A DNA stretch of 64,000 bases from Clostridiales bacterium (GCA_040766505.1 JAXGQJ010000001.1:64836-128835); one strand, 5' to 3'; positions 42,475 through 56,056 are shown, numbered from the stretch's first letter. The notes: generated by a model from the letters alone, not told the origin. Made by a program: numbers and translations.

Positions 42475-43407
42475 ATGAAGAACGGTCTCGTTCTGGGCGG
42501 CGGCGGCGCCCGGGGTGCCTACCAAATCGGGGTTTGGCGGGCGCTCCGGGAGGAAGCCTGGCCGGTTCATATCGTCTGCGGCAGCTCCGTCGGCGCCCTC
42601 AATGCCGCCCTGGTCGCCCAAGGCGATTATGATTTGGCGGCGGAAATCTGGCTTTCCCTCTACACCGGCGCCGTCTTGTCGATGGAATTGGACGAGGAGG
42701 ACGCAGAGTATAAAAAGATGTTTCAGACCTTTCATACCTATCTTAAAGGCGGCGTTTCCTTCGGTGCAGCGGGGCTCGACACTGCCGGCCTTAAAAGCTG
42801 ATGACGGACCATCTGACGAGGCGAAATCCGCTCCTCCGGCCTGGAAATGGGCTTCATCACTGTATCGATATGGGCCGGCCCGGCCCTCGTTCCCCATCAG
42901 CTTTTTTGCCGGACATTCCTTGAGGGTCGGCTGGTCGATTATATGATGGGCAGCGCCTCCTCCTCTATCCCGCGATGAAATACGGTTTACATCGACAAGG
43001 CGCTGCGGTCGATGCGTTTCGTCGCTGATGAACTTGCCTGCTCGCGCGCCTTTGCCGCTGGCGCCGACTTTGTTCTTGCCATCGACATCCATGGCCCCGG
43101 CCGCATCCATGAAGTAGAGCTGGAACCGGGAAAAGAACTACAGGTGCTGGCTAGTTTTTGGCCGTTGGGGCTGATGCTTCTTTTTGAAAATCGCTGGATC
43201 CGAAAGGATATGAGCTGGCCATTTGATGGCAAGAAGGCTTTCGGCCACTATAGCGGTTGCTATTTTACGTTTCAGAAGCCGGGCTTTGGCTCCGCCGCGG
43301 CGAGAGCGGGCGATCTTCAGGCGGTGCGCCGCCATTTAGGGCGGGAAAGCGGCTACGGTTCCTTCTACCAAAATAGCTTTGACCGCTGGGTACGTCGAAA
43401 GTACTAG
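42475..43407 (+). CDS. Patatin-like phospholipase, frameshifted after about 110 aa.
   Basis: The oxyanion motif is GLVLGGGGARGAYQIGV and the nucleophile motif is GSSVGALNAA. The C-terminal region ...GADFVLAIDI... is readable in ORF 43012..43407. Confidence 0.75.
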
Positions 43408-43416
43408 GCATTATCA

Positions 43417-43761
43417 TTGGTGGCGGATCTTCCGGCCATCTTGGCGGAAGCGGCGGGGGAGGTGTTTTTCATGGATCCTACCGTTGTTTATGACGATGCT
43501 TCGCTGGCGGCAACGCGGCAAAGCATTGCGGCGGCGAAAGGAGCCGGGATGGCGCTGCTTGGGAAGGTTTCCGGAGTAGGGAAATGCCTGTCGGTCATCA
43601 AGGGCGGGCTTGCATTTGCCCGGGGCCTTCAAGCCGGAAACGAAGGTCTGGCTTTTGCCACCGCTGTCAATATGTCGGTACGGGAATACCTGGCCGGCGC
43701 ATTTCTCTACCTATACGGCCTCACGCCTTCGGGGATGACATCGATGGATAAAGTAGGTTGA
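43417..43761 (+). CDS. Hypothetical protein.
   Basis: 114-aa ORF in an operon-like position between the patatin and lipid-kinase genes. No family was recognised. Confidence 0.3.
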   Translation: MVADLPAILAEAAGEVFFMDPTVVYDDASLAATRQSIAAAKGAGMALLGKVSGVGKCLSVIKGGLAFARGLQAGNEGLAFATAVNMSVREYLAGAFLYLYGLTPSGMTSMDKVG

Positions 43762-43779
43762 AAGGCTGTGTGTGAAACG

Positions 43780-44677
43780 ATGCGACATGTGTTTATTGTC
43801 AACCCCGCTGCCGGCAATGGCAACGGCAGCGGATTTTGGCCCTGTCCATCGCGGCGGCGTTGGCGGCGCCGGGGTTGCGGGGGAAGTTTATACTACGAAA
43901 GGCGTTGGGGACGCGAAGCGGTTTGTCGCCGCTTATCCCCGGGGTGAGGCATTGTTTTATGCGGTGAGCGGCGATGTGACGATGAATGAGATCGTTTGCG
44001 GCATTATGCGCAGGGCGGCGGCATTGTGGGCAATGTACTCTGCGGCACCGGCAATGATTTCGTGCGGCTTTTCGATGATACGGCAGCCTTTATGATATCA
44101 AAAGGCAGATCGGCGGAGAACTGATCGCCCTCGACCTCTTGCGGGTCAATGGCGAATATGCCGTCAATCTCGTAATAGTGGAATCGATGCCGAAGTTGTC
44201 GCCAAGGTGCTGCGCTATAAAAATGGTTCCTGGGGCCGATGGCCTATCGCCTTGCGCTGCGCCAAGTCCTCTCCCCATTGGGGCAAGCGATGCGCATTAC
44301 CCTGACGGCGGCGAGACTTTTGAGGGGAATTCTTGTTTGCTTCTTTCGCCAATGGTTGCGCTTCTGCGGCGGCGGCTTGCCGCTCCAAGGGCATTGCCGG
44401 ACGATGGGGCCATAGAATTTTGCGTGGCCCGGGTGATTTCCCGGTTTAAGCTCGCCGCCTTGGTCAAAGGGTATAAGGCCGGGCGCCATTTGGATGAACC
44501 GGCCTTTCGCCCCATCGTCACTCATCGGCGCTGCCACTCTTTGCTGCTGGAATTGCCAACCCCGCTCCTTTCTGCAAGGATGGGGAAATCAGCGCCGAAA
44601 CCCGGGTGGAAATTTCCGCCCTTCCGGCGCTGCGGTTTCAGGTGCCGGCGGGTGCGCGGCTGCTGCCACCGTTTTGA
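43780..44677 (+). pseudogene. Diacylglycerol/lipid kinase (YegS/DagK family), multiply frameshifted.
   Basis: The ATG at 43780 gives MRHVFIVNPAAGNG. SGDVTMNEIVCGIM corresponds to GGDGTxNEVxNG. Later segments (GTGNDF-like CGTGNDFVRLF) are readable in shifted frames. Confidence 0.65.
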
Positions 44678-44733
44678 AAATGGCAAGGCGCTGTGAGAAA
44701 TGGGAAAAAGAAAGAAAGAAAAGGTAAGATCGG

Positions 44734-46918
44734 ATGGGAAAGACTTTGGTATTGGCGGAAAACCGTCGGTGGGCCGGGATTTGGCCCGGGTTCTGGGGGC
44801 AAAACAGGCAGGGAATGGCTGCATCCATGGGCGGCAATATATTGTTACTGGTTCTTTGGGCATTTGTGACTTTGGCGGATCCGGAGCATTATTCCGACCG
44901 CTATAAAACTTGACATTGATCGTTTCGCCGATGCTGCCGAAGAAGCTGATCCTCGTCATCATCAAAGAGACCGCGAAGCAGTTTAAAGTTGTTCAGGATT
45001 TGATGCGCAGCGGCGAAGTGGCGGATCTGGTCATCGCCACCGACGCCGGAAGGAAGGGGAATTGGTGGCCCGCTGGATCATTGAGAGGGCCGGTTGTAAA
45101 AACCGGTGCGCTGCTCATGGATTTCTTCCCAAACCGATAAAAGCGTCTGTGAAGGGATTTCCCAAAAGCTAAAAAGCGCCAAAGAATACGATAATCCTGC
45201 AGTACTTCAATCGGCCTGCTGCTGGCCTATGCCGATTGGTTGGTGGGGCCTCAATGTCACCCGGGCTTTGACCTGTAAGTTTAATGCCCAGCTTTCCGCC
45301 GGAAGGGTGCAGATGACTTTGCCATGATCGTCTGGCGGGAACGGAAATCAAGGATTTCCAGCCCCGGGATTATTATCATCTGAAAGCCGACTTCGGCACA
45401 TGGAAAGGCCGTTGGCTGGACGGAAGTGGCACCGCCGCAGCGACGATGCCGAAAAAGCCTGGCCATCGCCGACCGCTGCGGCGGCAAAACGGGAACCGTC
45501 GCGACTCAAAGCGGGAGCAAAAAAGCCGGGCGCCGCCGCTTCTTTATGATTTACCCGAATTGCAGCGGGATGCCACGTGAAATTCGGCTATACTGCCAAG
45601 GAAACCCTGCAATATATGCAAAAGCTATATGAAGTGCATAAGGTGTTGACCTATCCCAGAACCGACAGCCGCTATATCGGCCAGGATCTGGTGCCTTCGC
45701 TGGCCCAAAGGGTCAAGATGATTTCCGACGGGGCCTTTCCGCCCAGATTCGGGAGATTTTAAAAGGCGGCATCGTTGCCAGTAAGCGTTTTGTCGACGAT
45801 GCCAAAGTCAGCGACCACCATGCCATCATCCCCACCGAAGAACCGGCGCGCCTTTCCGAACTTTAGCTTCGACGAGCGGCGGATCATGGATTTGCGGTTC
45901 GCCGCTTTTTGGTGGTTTTGTCGCGGCCTTGCCTGTGGCTGGAGGCCGTTTCCTTGGTGGCGACTGTCGCCGGGGAGCGCTTCTGGCGCCAAAGGCAAAG
46001 CGGATTTCGACTCCCGGCTGGAAGGCGCTTTACGGTTTCGCTGAAAAAGAGGAGGACGACGATGACGACCGGAAAGAGGATGACCAGAACCTGGGGGCCA
46101 TCAACAAGGGCATGGCGGTGACGGCGAAAACCGTCGCCGTCTTAAAGGGGAAAACGAAACCGCCGCCCCGTTATACCGAAGCCACTTTACTGACGGCGAT
46201 GGAGCATCCCGGCAAACAGATCGCCGATGCCCAGCTGTGGGCGGTTCTGGAAGGCCGGGGCGGCATCGGCACCCCCGCCACCCGGGCGGACATCATCGAA
46301 AAGCTTTTCGCTTCCAGCTATGTGGAGCGTCGGGGCCGGGAAATTTGGCCTTTAAGCAAGGGGATGCAACTGGTGGATCTCGGGCCCGAACCGCTGCGGT
46401 CCCCGGAATTGACGGGGCAATGGGAGGAAAGGCTGCTGCGGATCAGTGAGGGCAAGGAGCCCGGCGCCACCTTCCTCGACGAGATGTACGCTTTTGCCGC
46501 CGCGCTGGTGCGGGATGTAAAACAGAGCGAGGAAACCTACCGCCACGACAATCTAACCCGCACACGCTGCCCCCTCTGCGGCCAGTTCCTGCTGGAAATC
46601 AATGGCAAGAAGGGCAAACGCCTGGCCTGTCCCGACCGGGAATGCGGCTATCGGCAGAATCTGTCTTTTACCAGCAATGCCCGTTGCCCCCGCTGCCATA
46701 AACGCCTTGACGTGGTGGGGGAAGGGGAAAAGCGGCTCTATGTTTGCAAATGCGGTTTTCGGGAAAAGTTCGACCGCTTCAATGAAGAACTGAAGGCCAG
46801 GGCCAATCACAGCGGCAAGCGGGATGTGGCGGACTATATGCGCAAACAGCAAAAAGAGGAAGGGCAAACCTCGCCCTTCGCCGCGGCTTGGGCCGACGCG
46901 CAACGGAATAAAAAATAA
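44734..46918 (+). pseudogene. topB: DNA topoisomerase III; the N-terminal 1.2 kb is heavily frameshifted and the C-terminal 329 aa are intact.
   Basis: The start is MGKTLVLAEKPSVGRDLARVLG. Fragments GHLVTLADPEHY and TYPRTDSRYI (45577..45762) are readable. The C-terminal ORF 45929..46918 has zinc-ribbon Cys pairs (CPLCG...CPDRECG, CPRCH...CKCG). Confidence 0.8.
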
Positions 46919-46962
46919 GGGTTCCCGCTCTGTAACGCGAAAAACGGAAGGAGGAAAGGACG

Positions 46963-49900
46963 ATGGGGCTCCATTTTATTCTCGGACGGCGGGGAACGGG
47001 GAAAACCCACTGCTTATATGAAGCGATCTTTGCCAAGGCAAAAGCCCGGGCAGGCCCCTTATACCTGCTGGTGCCGGAACAGTCCACCTTCATCCATGAG
47101 CGGGCCATCGACGATTTGCGGCAAGGGCAAAGCCTTTGGGATTTGGAGGTGACCTCCTTCACCCATCTGGCCGGGCGCTTTGTCAAACGCCCCGCTTTGG
47201 GAAAATTGGGGAAGAAATTTTTGGTTTACCAGGTATTAAAGGAAAACCGGGGGGAATTGGAAGCCTTCGGTAAAAGCGCCCTCAGCGCCGGATTTCTCGA
47301 TGAATTGCTGTCGGTGCTGGCGGAAATCGACGACAATCAGCTTTCCCCGGCGGAATTGCGGCGGCTCGCCGCCGTTTTGACGGAAAGCCGGGACGCGGTG
47401 GATTTGCCGGAAAAGCTGCGGGATTTGGCCCGGCTGCGGGAGGCCCTCGACCACAAAAGCGCCGAACGGAACCTCTGGGATGAAGAGATGCTGGAGATTT
47501 TCGCCCGGGAGGCGCCGCTTCACTTTGCCGACGCCCATTTCTTCTTTGACGATTTTTATGATTTCACGGCGCTGGAATATAAAATCATCGCCGCCTTACG
47601 GCAATCCGGCGCGGATCTGACCTTTTCTTTGCTTTATGACGGGGCGGCGGACGATGGGGAGGAAACGGCTTTGCAAAAAACCGCGGCGGCCTATCGCCGC
47701 CTGCGGGCCATGGACAAAAAGGCCAAGGTGATCTTCGTAAACCGCCGTTTGGAAGCGCCGGACGCCCTGCTGTATTTGGAAAAGGAATACGGACGGCCGG
47801 AAGCCGGGGCCTATCGGGGCGACGGCGCCGGTCTGCGCCTGTTTTGGGGCCGGGACATCCGCAGCGAGGTGGAGGGCGCGGCCCAGCAGATCGCCCGGTT
47901 GTTCGACAAGGGCTTTCAAGCGGAAGAGATTGCCGTTTGCCTCCGCAATGTCAGCCCCTATGACCGGATCATCGCCGAGGTTTTTCCCGCCTATGGCATC
48001 GGCTTTGATTTGGCGACGCCCCATTCCCTGGCCGACGCGCCGCTCTTCGCCTATCTCCGCGACTTTTTGCGGCTGTTTGCCGAAGCCTGGTCTTTCCCGG
48101 CCGTGATGACGCTGGTAAAAAACGGCCTTTTTCCCATCGCCCCGGCGGACGCCGACCGCTTCGAAAACTACTGTTTGGCCCATGCCATCAAAGGCCGCCG
48201 TTTCTATCAGGAGGAAGATTGGCCCTATCCGGATGAAGAAATTGATCTCGCGGAAATCAATGCGCTGCGCCGGGGCATTCGCGACTTTTTATACCCCTAT
48301 GGCCAGAGGATCAAAAAATCCGTCACAATGGGAGATTATGCGCGGTTGCTTTGGGATTTCCTGGAGGAAAGCGGCGTTTACGGCATTTTAAAGGCCTGGG
48401 CCGCCGAAGAGGAACGGCGGGGCCGCCCCCTTAAAGCCAAGGAATTGCTGGAGAGCTATGAAGCCGCCATTGAAATCCTGGAACAGTTGGCGGCGGCATT
48501 TCCCGATGCCGCCTATAGCCAGGACGAGGTGGCGGATCTGCTGGATTTGGCCTTTGGCGAAGCGCAGATGCGGTCGATTCCGCTTTCCGCCCACCATGTG
48601 GAAATCGGCATTTTGGGCATGAGCCGCCTTGGCCGCAAACGGGCCGTTTTCCTTCTCGGCGTCAATGAAGGGGTGTTCCCCGCACCTTTGGAGAAAACAG
48701 GCCTTTTTCATATGGACGATCGGGAAATCCTGTCCCGTTTGGGGGATTTTTGGCCGCAAAACCGCCAATTTTTCTATGACCAGGAATCAATCCTCATCTA
48801 CCAGGCTTTGACCATGGCGAAGGAACTTTTTGTTTCTATCCTTCTCGACAGAGGGCGCCGGCGAGAAACGGCGGGCCCCTCGGAAATCGTTTTCCGTTTG
48901 GAACAGCTTTTCCCCGCGCTGGTACGGGAGGAAAAACCTGGCGGCCCGGCGGCGGTGAGGACGGGGAATTTCTTTGGTCGCCGGAGCGGGCCCTGTCTCA
49001 TCTCGGCTGGGCTTTGGCGGAAGGCGCAAGCCACTGGCAGCCGGTGGCGGCCCACTTTCAAAGCCGGCCCCGGTACCGGCAGCGGGCCGACCGCATTCTC
49101 GGGGCCTTGAACCATCGCAATCTGGCCAAACGGCCCGGAACGGAACAGATGCAACGGTATTGCCCCGGCGATTTGTTCCTCAATGTCAGCGCGATGGAAA
49201 CCTACCGGCGCTGCCCCTTTTCCTATTTTGCGAAATACGGGCTGCGGCTGCGGGAAAGACGGGAATTGGTGTTCAAAGCGCCGGATATCGGCAATATCTT
49301 CCACGAAGCCCTGCGGTTCCTGGCGGAGGAGATGGCCCGGCGGGGCCTCGATTGGAACACATTGGGCCGGGAGGGCCCCCGGATCATCGTCGCCATCACC
49401 GAAGAGGTCATGAAAAAATTTGGCGAGGACAATCTCTTTTCCCCGGGCCAGGCGGATTTTGTTTTGCGCCGCATCCAAGAGAATCTGCTGCTGATCATCG
49501 AGATCATGGCGGCGCAAACCAGGGAAGGGGATCGCTTCGTACCCATCGGCTGGGAAGTCGCCTTCGGCCCCCGGGAAAAGATCGAGGGCCAGCGCTTCCG
49601 CCTGCCGCTGCCGGGCCGGGAGATCGTGCTGACGGGCCAGATCGACCGGGTGGACAAAGCGGAAGAGGAGGCAAACCGTTATTTTCGGGTCATCGATTAT
49701 AAAACCGGCGATATCGAACTAAAGCTGGACGATATCTATTATGGGGTAAAAATGCAGCTTTTGCTCTATATGATGATGGTGGAAAAAGCCTATCGGGAGG
49801 GGGAAGAAGCCGGCGAGGCGGCGGGCATCTTCTATTTCACGGCCCGGGATTTCTTCCTGTCGGAAAATGCGCCGGTAGGGGAAGGGGACCAAAGAGAAGT

Positions 49901-50265
49901 TGTTGAAAAAAGCGCGGCTCAAAGGATATATGATCGGCAGCGACGAGGTCATATCCCTCTATCCCGCCGGGGCGAAGCGGCGGCTGACCCGGGAGGAATA
50001 TGGGCGGCTGCGGCAGCATTTGCGACAGATGATCGAAGGCATCGGCGCCGAAATTTTGCTGGGGGAAAATGAGATCGCCCCCTATTACCGCAATGGGAGC
50101 AAATCCTGCGATCGCTGCCCCTATCTCGCCCTATGCGGCTTCGACCCCCAGCTCGGCAATCGCCTGCGCTTTCTCCACACCATGAAGGACGAGGCGGTAT
50201 GGGAACGGCTTGAAAAGGAGGAGACAAGCGATGCGCTGGACGGAAAATCAAAAGCAGGCGATTGA
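46963..50265 (+). CDS. addB: Helicase-exonuclease AddAB subunit AddB, with two frameshifts (about 48950 and about 49900).
   Basis: The N-terminus is MGLHFILGRRGTGKTHCLYEAI...LLVPEQSTF. The C-terminal nuclease/Fe-S region has ETYRRCPFSYF and CDRCPYLALCGF. Confidence 0.85.
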
Positions 50266-53200
50266 GACAAGGGGCGGCAATGTTTTGGTGGCCGCCGGCG
50301 CCGGGGCGGGAAAAACCGGTGTTCTCAGCCGCCGCATCGTCGCCCGCTTGGAAGAGGGATGCGACATTGACGAACTGCTCGTCCTCACCTTCACCCGGGC
50401 CGCCGCCAATGAAATGCGGAACCGTATCCGCAAGGGGATCATGGAAAGACTGCCGGAGGATCGCCGCCATTTCAGCCGCCAACTGCGGCTTTTATCCGGC
50501 GCGCCGATTTTAACGATCCACAGCTTTTGTTTGCAATTGCTGCGCCGTCACTTCAACCTTTTACCGGGACTTGACCCCAAATTTAAAATCCTAGACCAAA
50601 ACCAAGCAAAGGTGGTGCGGGACGACGTATTGCAGTCTTTTTTGAGGCGCAATACCTGGAAAGCGACATCGAACGGCGAAACGATTTTCTGCGGCTATTG
50701 CGTTACTTTGGCGACCGGCAAAGCGACGACGGTTTGAAGCAGGAGATTTTGCGGCTATTGGATTTCGGCCAGGGCGAAGGGGATCTGGAAGAATGGGCCG
50801 GAAGGGGCCTCGCTCTCTTTCAAGAGCGGGACTTTTGGCGGCAAAAGGCAAAGGAATCTCTGGACAGCGATTTGGACAGCGCGCTGGAGGTGTTGAACGA
50901 CGCACTCTTCTACTGCGCGGCAATGGAAGGGCCGGCGGGGTATATCGGCAGCCTCAATGCCGACGTCGCTTATGTGGCGGGCTTAAAGACCTTGGAATGG
51001 GAGGCTTTGTCGGAATGCGTTCCCGCCTTTTCCCGCCTTGCCGCTAAAAAGAAGGACGATGATCCCGGCGTGGCGGCCTGGGTGAAAAAGCGCCGGGACG
51101 ATGCCAAGGACATGGTGAAAGCGGCGCTGCTCCTCACCCGGTGCGAAGAGGACGCCGCCGCCCATGCCGACGTCGCGGCGGATCTCGCCGCTCTGGTGCA
51201 AAGGACAGTCGAATTCGCCGGGCTCTTTTCCGCCCATAAGCGGAAAAAAGGCTGGCTGGAATTTCAGGATTTGGAACGGTACGCCCACCGGCTGCTGGTT
51301 GAGAATCCCGCCCTGGCGGAGGAATACCGCCGCCATTTCATCGAAATCTTTGTCGATGAATACCAGGACATCAACGGTTTGCAGGGGAAGATCCTGGCCC
51401 GGTTGTCCGCTGGCGACAATCTTTTTTTGGTAGGGGATGTCAAGCAAAGCATTTACGGTTTTCGCGGTGCGGATCACCGGCTGTTCCAAGGGAAATATGA
51501 AAGCTTTGCCGATTCTGCGGCGGGATCCGCCGGTGCGCTGGTGCTGTTGAATGAAAATTTCCGCAGCCGCCCGGAGATTTTGGCCGCCGCCAATTTCTTT
51601 TTCCATCAATTGATGTCGAAGGAGGCGGTAGACCTCGCTTATGATGAAGCGTCGGCGCTCAACTGCGGCCGCGCCGACCGGGAGGAGGAAGGCCACAGCG
51701 TCGAACTGCTCTTTGTCACCGATCCGGAAGAGGATGCAATCGACGAATCCTTTGACTATCCCGAAAAAATACAGGCCCAGGCCCGCATGATCGGGGAACG
51801 CATCGAAGCCATGGTAGAGGAAGGTTTCTCGGTTCCCGGGGCGGCGGGGCCGCGCCCCGTTTCCTATGGCGATTTCGCCATTTTATTGCGGAGCGATGTT
51901 GGCCGGATCGCGCTGATCGAAAACGAATTGAAGCACCGGGGCCTGCCGGTGGAAAGCGGCGGCGGCGATGGCAATGGCGGCCAGGAAGTGCGCTTGCTCA
52001 TCGCCCTTCTTGCGGTTTTGGACAATCCCCGGCAAGACATCCCGCTGGCGGCGGTGCTGCGTTCCCCGCTGTTCGGTTTCGACGAAGGGATGCTGCTCGC
52101 CATCGGCCGCCGCCCCAAAACCAGGCGGCTTTGGGATGCTTTGCAGCAGGAATGGCCGGAACCCGTCGCCGTGGCGGTGGCGGATGCCTTGGAAAAAATC
52201 TCCGCCTGGCGGCGTTTGTCGAAGCGCTATGGCGTCGGCGATCTATTGCTTTTGCTGCTGGAAGAAACGGATTATCAAGCCTTTTGGGGCGCTTTGCCCA
52301 ATGGGCGGCAACGGGTCGGCCATATTGTGGCCTTCCAAGAGCGGGCCAGGGCATTTCAGGAGCAGTATCAAGGGGGCATCTTCTCTTTTCTTCGCTATAT
52401 GGAACGGGTGGAAGGGAGTGGAGAAACCGGCTTCAGCGCCGACGGCGATACCGTAAAGGTGATGACGATGCACCGGGCCAAGGGTGTGGAATTCCCCATT
52501 GTTTTCCTCGCCAACCTGGAACACGGCTTTCACAGGGACGGGGGCAAGCCATTGCTCGCCCTCGACCGGGAACTGGGCTTTGGGCCTAAGGTCAAAGACT
52601 GGCAACTGCGGGTTCGCTACCCGACTTTGGCGCGGCATGTGATCGACCGCAAGGGCGGAAGGGCCGCCACCGCCGAAGAGATGCGCGTCCTTTACGTGGC
52701 GATGACGAGAGCGAAGGAAAAGCTGTTCCTGGTTGGCGGCGGCGGCCGGCAAAAGTTCGGCAAAATGTTGGAGCGCTGCGCCCTTTGGGATCGGCCAAAG
52801 CTGCCCGCCGGCGATGTGCTCGCCGCCGGTTCCTATTTGCACTGGCTGGCGATGGCGGCGGGCCGCCACAGGGATTTGGGGGGAAGGGGCGATTTGCCCT
52901 ATGGGGATTTTTCGCTGCAGGTCGGAGAAGTGACGGCGACCGGGCCGGCAAAGCCTTCGGCGCGGCGGGAAACCGCTGCCGCCATGGCGCCGCTGCCGCT
53001 GGAGCGTCTGGAGAAAACAGCGCGGCATGGGCCGCGGCTGCCGCTGAAGGTGACGGTGACGGATCTTCTCCCCAGGGAAGAAACGCCCAAACGCCCGGAA
53101 TTCGACAAGGAAAAGGCGCTTACCGCGGCGGAACGGGGCACCGCCTTCCACCGTTTGATGGAACTGATTCCCTTCGACCGCGTTTGGGACGCCATCTCTC

Positions 53201-53629
53201 TAGCCGCCTACCAGCAAGAATTAAAAGAACGGGAAATCTTGGGAGAGCGGGAAATCGCTTCCTGGACAATGGGGCGGTGCTGGCATTTTTAGCCAGCGAT
53301 TATGGCCTGGCCCTGCGCGACAGCGCCGTGATGAAAAGGGAGCTGCCCTTTACCGTAGGCTTCCCGGCAAAACGCCTGTTCCCCGGCGGCGGGGAGGATA
53401 AGGTGCTGTTGCAGGGCGCCGTCGACCTGCTTTTTCAAAGCGCTGGGGGGATTGGTTTTGCTGGATTATAAAAATAGGCCGCTGCGGGATCGGACGCTTT
53501 TTCCAAACCTATCGCCTACAAATGGAATTATATTGTGAAGCGATGGAGAACCTGTATCATATCAAGATTCGTGAGGGGGCTTTTTATCTGACGGGGGAAC
53601 GCGCCTTTTTCCCCGCCTATCCTGTTTAA
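50231..53629 (+). CDS. addA: Helicase-exonuclease AddAB subunit AddA (UvrD-like helicase plus nuclease), with about four frameshifts.
   Basis: The start is MRWTENQKQAIETRGGNVLVAAGAGAGKTGVL. The 864-aa ORF 50698..53292 carries UvrD motifs (VDEYQD, TMHRAKGVEF). The C-terminal nuclease segment ...LQGAVDLLF...LLDYK is readable in shifted frames and ends near 53629. Confidence 0.85.
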
Positions 53630-53666
53630 GAAAACTTGCCGAGAAGGAACGGGAAATAAATTTTGT

Positions 53667-53695
53667 TTGGCATTGCCGTAAAAGTATGATAAAAT
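53667..53695 (+). promoter_or_regulatory. Sigma-70-type promoter upstream of the peptidase/efp genes.
   Basis: TTGGCA, a 17-nt spacer, then TAAAAT. Confidence 0.4.
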
Positions 53696-53710
53696 GAACG
53701 GGAAGATGGG

Positions 53711-54765
53711 ATGAAGAAAATGAGCCGATTGAACCGACTAAAGAAGGCATTGAAAGAAAAGAATCTGGATGCCGCATTGCTGATGAAAAGGGAGAACCTT
53801 TGTATCTAACGGATTTTCCGGTAGCTTAGGGGCTTTTCGTCAACCAAGACCGGGCGCTTTTGCTGGTGGATTCCCGCCATGTGGAACAGGCGGAAGCGGA
53901 AACCGAAGGTTGCGATGTGGTGGCGGTGGACTGCCCTTGGCAGATCGGGCCTTTTTTGTCCGGCGAGGCGCGCCTTGGTTTGGAATTCGACCATCTGACC
54001 ATCGCACTTTTTCGCGAAATCACCGCCGCTTTTTGCGGTGCAACCGGCGACTGCGGCAAGGTGGTTTCCTCTCTTAGGCTCTATAAGGACGAAGAAGAAA
54101 TGGCCCATATCCGGCGGGCGGCGGCCATTGCCGATGCGGCTTTTGTCCACATCCTGCCCTTTTTGAAGGAAGGGGTTTTAGAGCGGGAGATTGGGCTGGA
54201 ACTGGAATTTTTCATGCGCAAGGCCGGTGCGACGGGGCCTTCTTTCGATGGTATCGTCGCTTTTGGGAACCGCTCCGCATTGCCCCACGGCATCGCCGGC
54301 GACCAGGCCTTGCGGCCCGGGCAGATCGTTCTGATGGATTTCGGCTGCGTGTACCGGCACTACTGTTCCGACATTACCCGCACCGTCTTTTTCGGCAGAG
54401 GCGATGCGAAACTCGGCCGGGTATACGATATTGTTTTGGAAGGGCAGATGCGGGGAATCGACGCCGCGGTGAACGGCGGCCCCCTGCGGGGCCCCGACGA
54501 GGCGGTGCGGGCTTATTTCAGGGAAAAAAACCTGAACCAATACTTTGGCCACGGCCTCGGCCACGGGGTCGGTTTGGAGGTACATGAAGCGCCGGTCGTC
54601 AATGGCAAAGCCGACGGTGTATTCGAACCGGGCATGGTGTTCACCGTTGAACCCGGCATTTATCTGCCGGGACTGGGCGGTGTTCGCATTGAAGATATGG
54701 TCTGTGTGACGGAGAATGGCACGGAAATTTTGACCGGGGCCGCCAAACATAAGACCATCATATAA
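53711..54765 (+). CDS. M24-family Xaa-Pro aminopeptidase, N-terminal domain frameshifted.
   Basis: The N-terminus is [30 protein letters not shown]. The intact 301-aa C-terminal ORF carries metal-ligand motifs ([39 protein letters not shown]). Confidence 0.8.
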
Positions 54766-54802
54766 AATAAAAGTGATTTTTGAGGATATAGGAGGTAGAG
54801 TT

Positions 54803-55358
54803 TTGATTTCTTCCAATGATTTTCGGCCCGGCGTAACGATCGAAATTGACGGCGACGCCTATCAGATTATTGAGTTTCAGCATGTAAAGCCCGGGAAAGG
54901 CGCGGCCTTCGTGCGCACGAAAATGCGGAATGTCCGCACCGGGTCTACGGTGGAACGCACCTTTGACGCCGGGGAAAAAGTGCCGAAGGCGCGGCTGGAT
55001 CGCCGCGACATGCAATACCTATACAATGACGGCGATTCCTATATTTTTTATGGACACCCAAGACTATGAGCAGATTCCCATCAGCGAAGGGCAATTGGGG
55101 ACGGCAAAAAATTCTTAATTGAATATGGAAGTATCGATCCTCTTTTTCAAGGGGGAGATTGGGCGTTGATTTGCCGGGCCAGGTGGTTCTTGAGGTTGTT
55201 GAAACGGAACTCCGGCATCAAAGGAGACACCGCTTCCGGCGGCACGAAACCGGCGACGCTGGAAACCGGCGCGGTTGTGCGGGTGCCTTTCTTCGTCAAT
55301 GTCGGCGACAAATTAAAGATCAATACGAAAAAATGGCGATTATATCGAACGGGCATAA
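54803..55358 (+). CDS. efp: Elongation factor P, at least four frameshifts as written.
   Basis: A TTG start gives [47 protein letters not shown]. Shifted frames then give [50 protein letters not shown] and GDKLKINT, closely paralleling B. subtilis EF-P. Confidence 0.9.
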
Positions 55359-55480
55359 GTTACTACGAATGCATGGGTTATAAAACCAATGACAATGGCG
55401 AACAATATGAATCTAAGAGCATGATGGAACGCGGTAAAACCGTTTCCACGGTTTCCTCAAATGAAAGGAGCGGATAATCC

Positions 55481-55970
55481 ATGAGCAATTTAAACGAAAA
55501 GGTATCCTATTTGGAAGGGTATTTGGAAGGTCTGTCCGTGGATAAGGAAACGAAGGACAAGGCCATCTTGGCGATTCTTGTATTGGAAGAGATCGCCGGA
55601 TGAGGTGGAGGGCTTGAAAGAAGATCTCGAAGAGCTGGAGACTATGTGGAAGACCTCGACGAAGATCTGGAAGAGTTGGAAGACCGGATGGACGATTTGG
55701 ATGACCTGGACGAATTGGAGGACGACTTCGACGACGAAGACGAAGATTTTGAATACGGGGAAGTCGATGCCCGGAATGTGGCGAGGAAATCTGCTTTGAC
55801 GCGGCCATCGTGGACAGTGAAGACTGGTGGAAGTCGTTTGCCCCGAATGTGACGCCGTGGTTTTTGTCAATGACGGCGCCTGGACGATGTTTTGAAGGAA
55901 GAAGAGGAATTCTGCGACGATCCCAACTGCAGTTGCCACGAAAAAAGACGATGCCAAGGAGGATGAATGA
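55481..55970 (+). CDS. Acidic zinc-ribbon protein (CD1247 N-terminal-domain-like), frameshifted.
   Basis: The start is MSNLNEKVSYLEGYLEGLSVDKETKDKAILAIL, followed by a D/E-rich tract. Two CPxC-type ribbons are readable in shifted frames (CPECGEEICF, CPECDAVVFV). Confidence 0.5.
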
Positions 55971-56022
55971 TCCTTCGTGCCCGATGAGGGGAACGGATTG
56001 CATCAATGGAATGAGTGAAATG

Positions 56023-56056
56023 GGCGGCTTCGGCAAACCCGAAGCCGCCTTTGTTG
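56023..56056 (+). terminator. Rho-independent terminator.
   Basis: Stem GGCGGCTTCGG / CCGAAGCCGCC with loop CAAAC, followed by TTTGTTG. Confidence 0.65.

Noticed and set aside
47596-53151. Long minus-strand ORFs (47596..48183, 48798..49517, 49949..50482, 50983..51696, 52243..53151).
   Set aside because: All are antisense to addB/addA, whose helicase and nuclease motifs are unambiguous. These are shadow ORFs.
55560-55760. GA-rich quasi-repetitive DNA (GAAGA/GACGA repeats).
   Set aside because: It encodes the D/E-rich acidic linker of the CD1247-like zinc-ribbon protein. It is coding low complexity, not a structural repeat.
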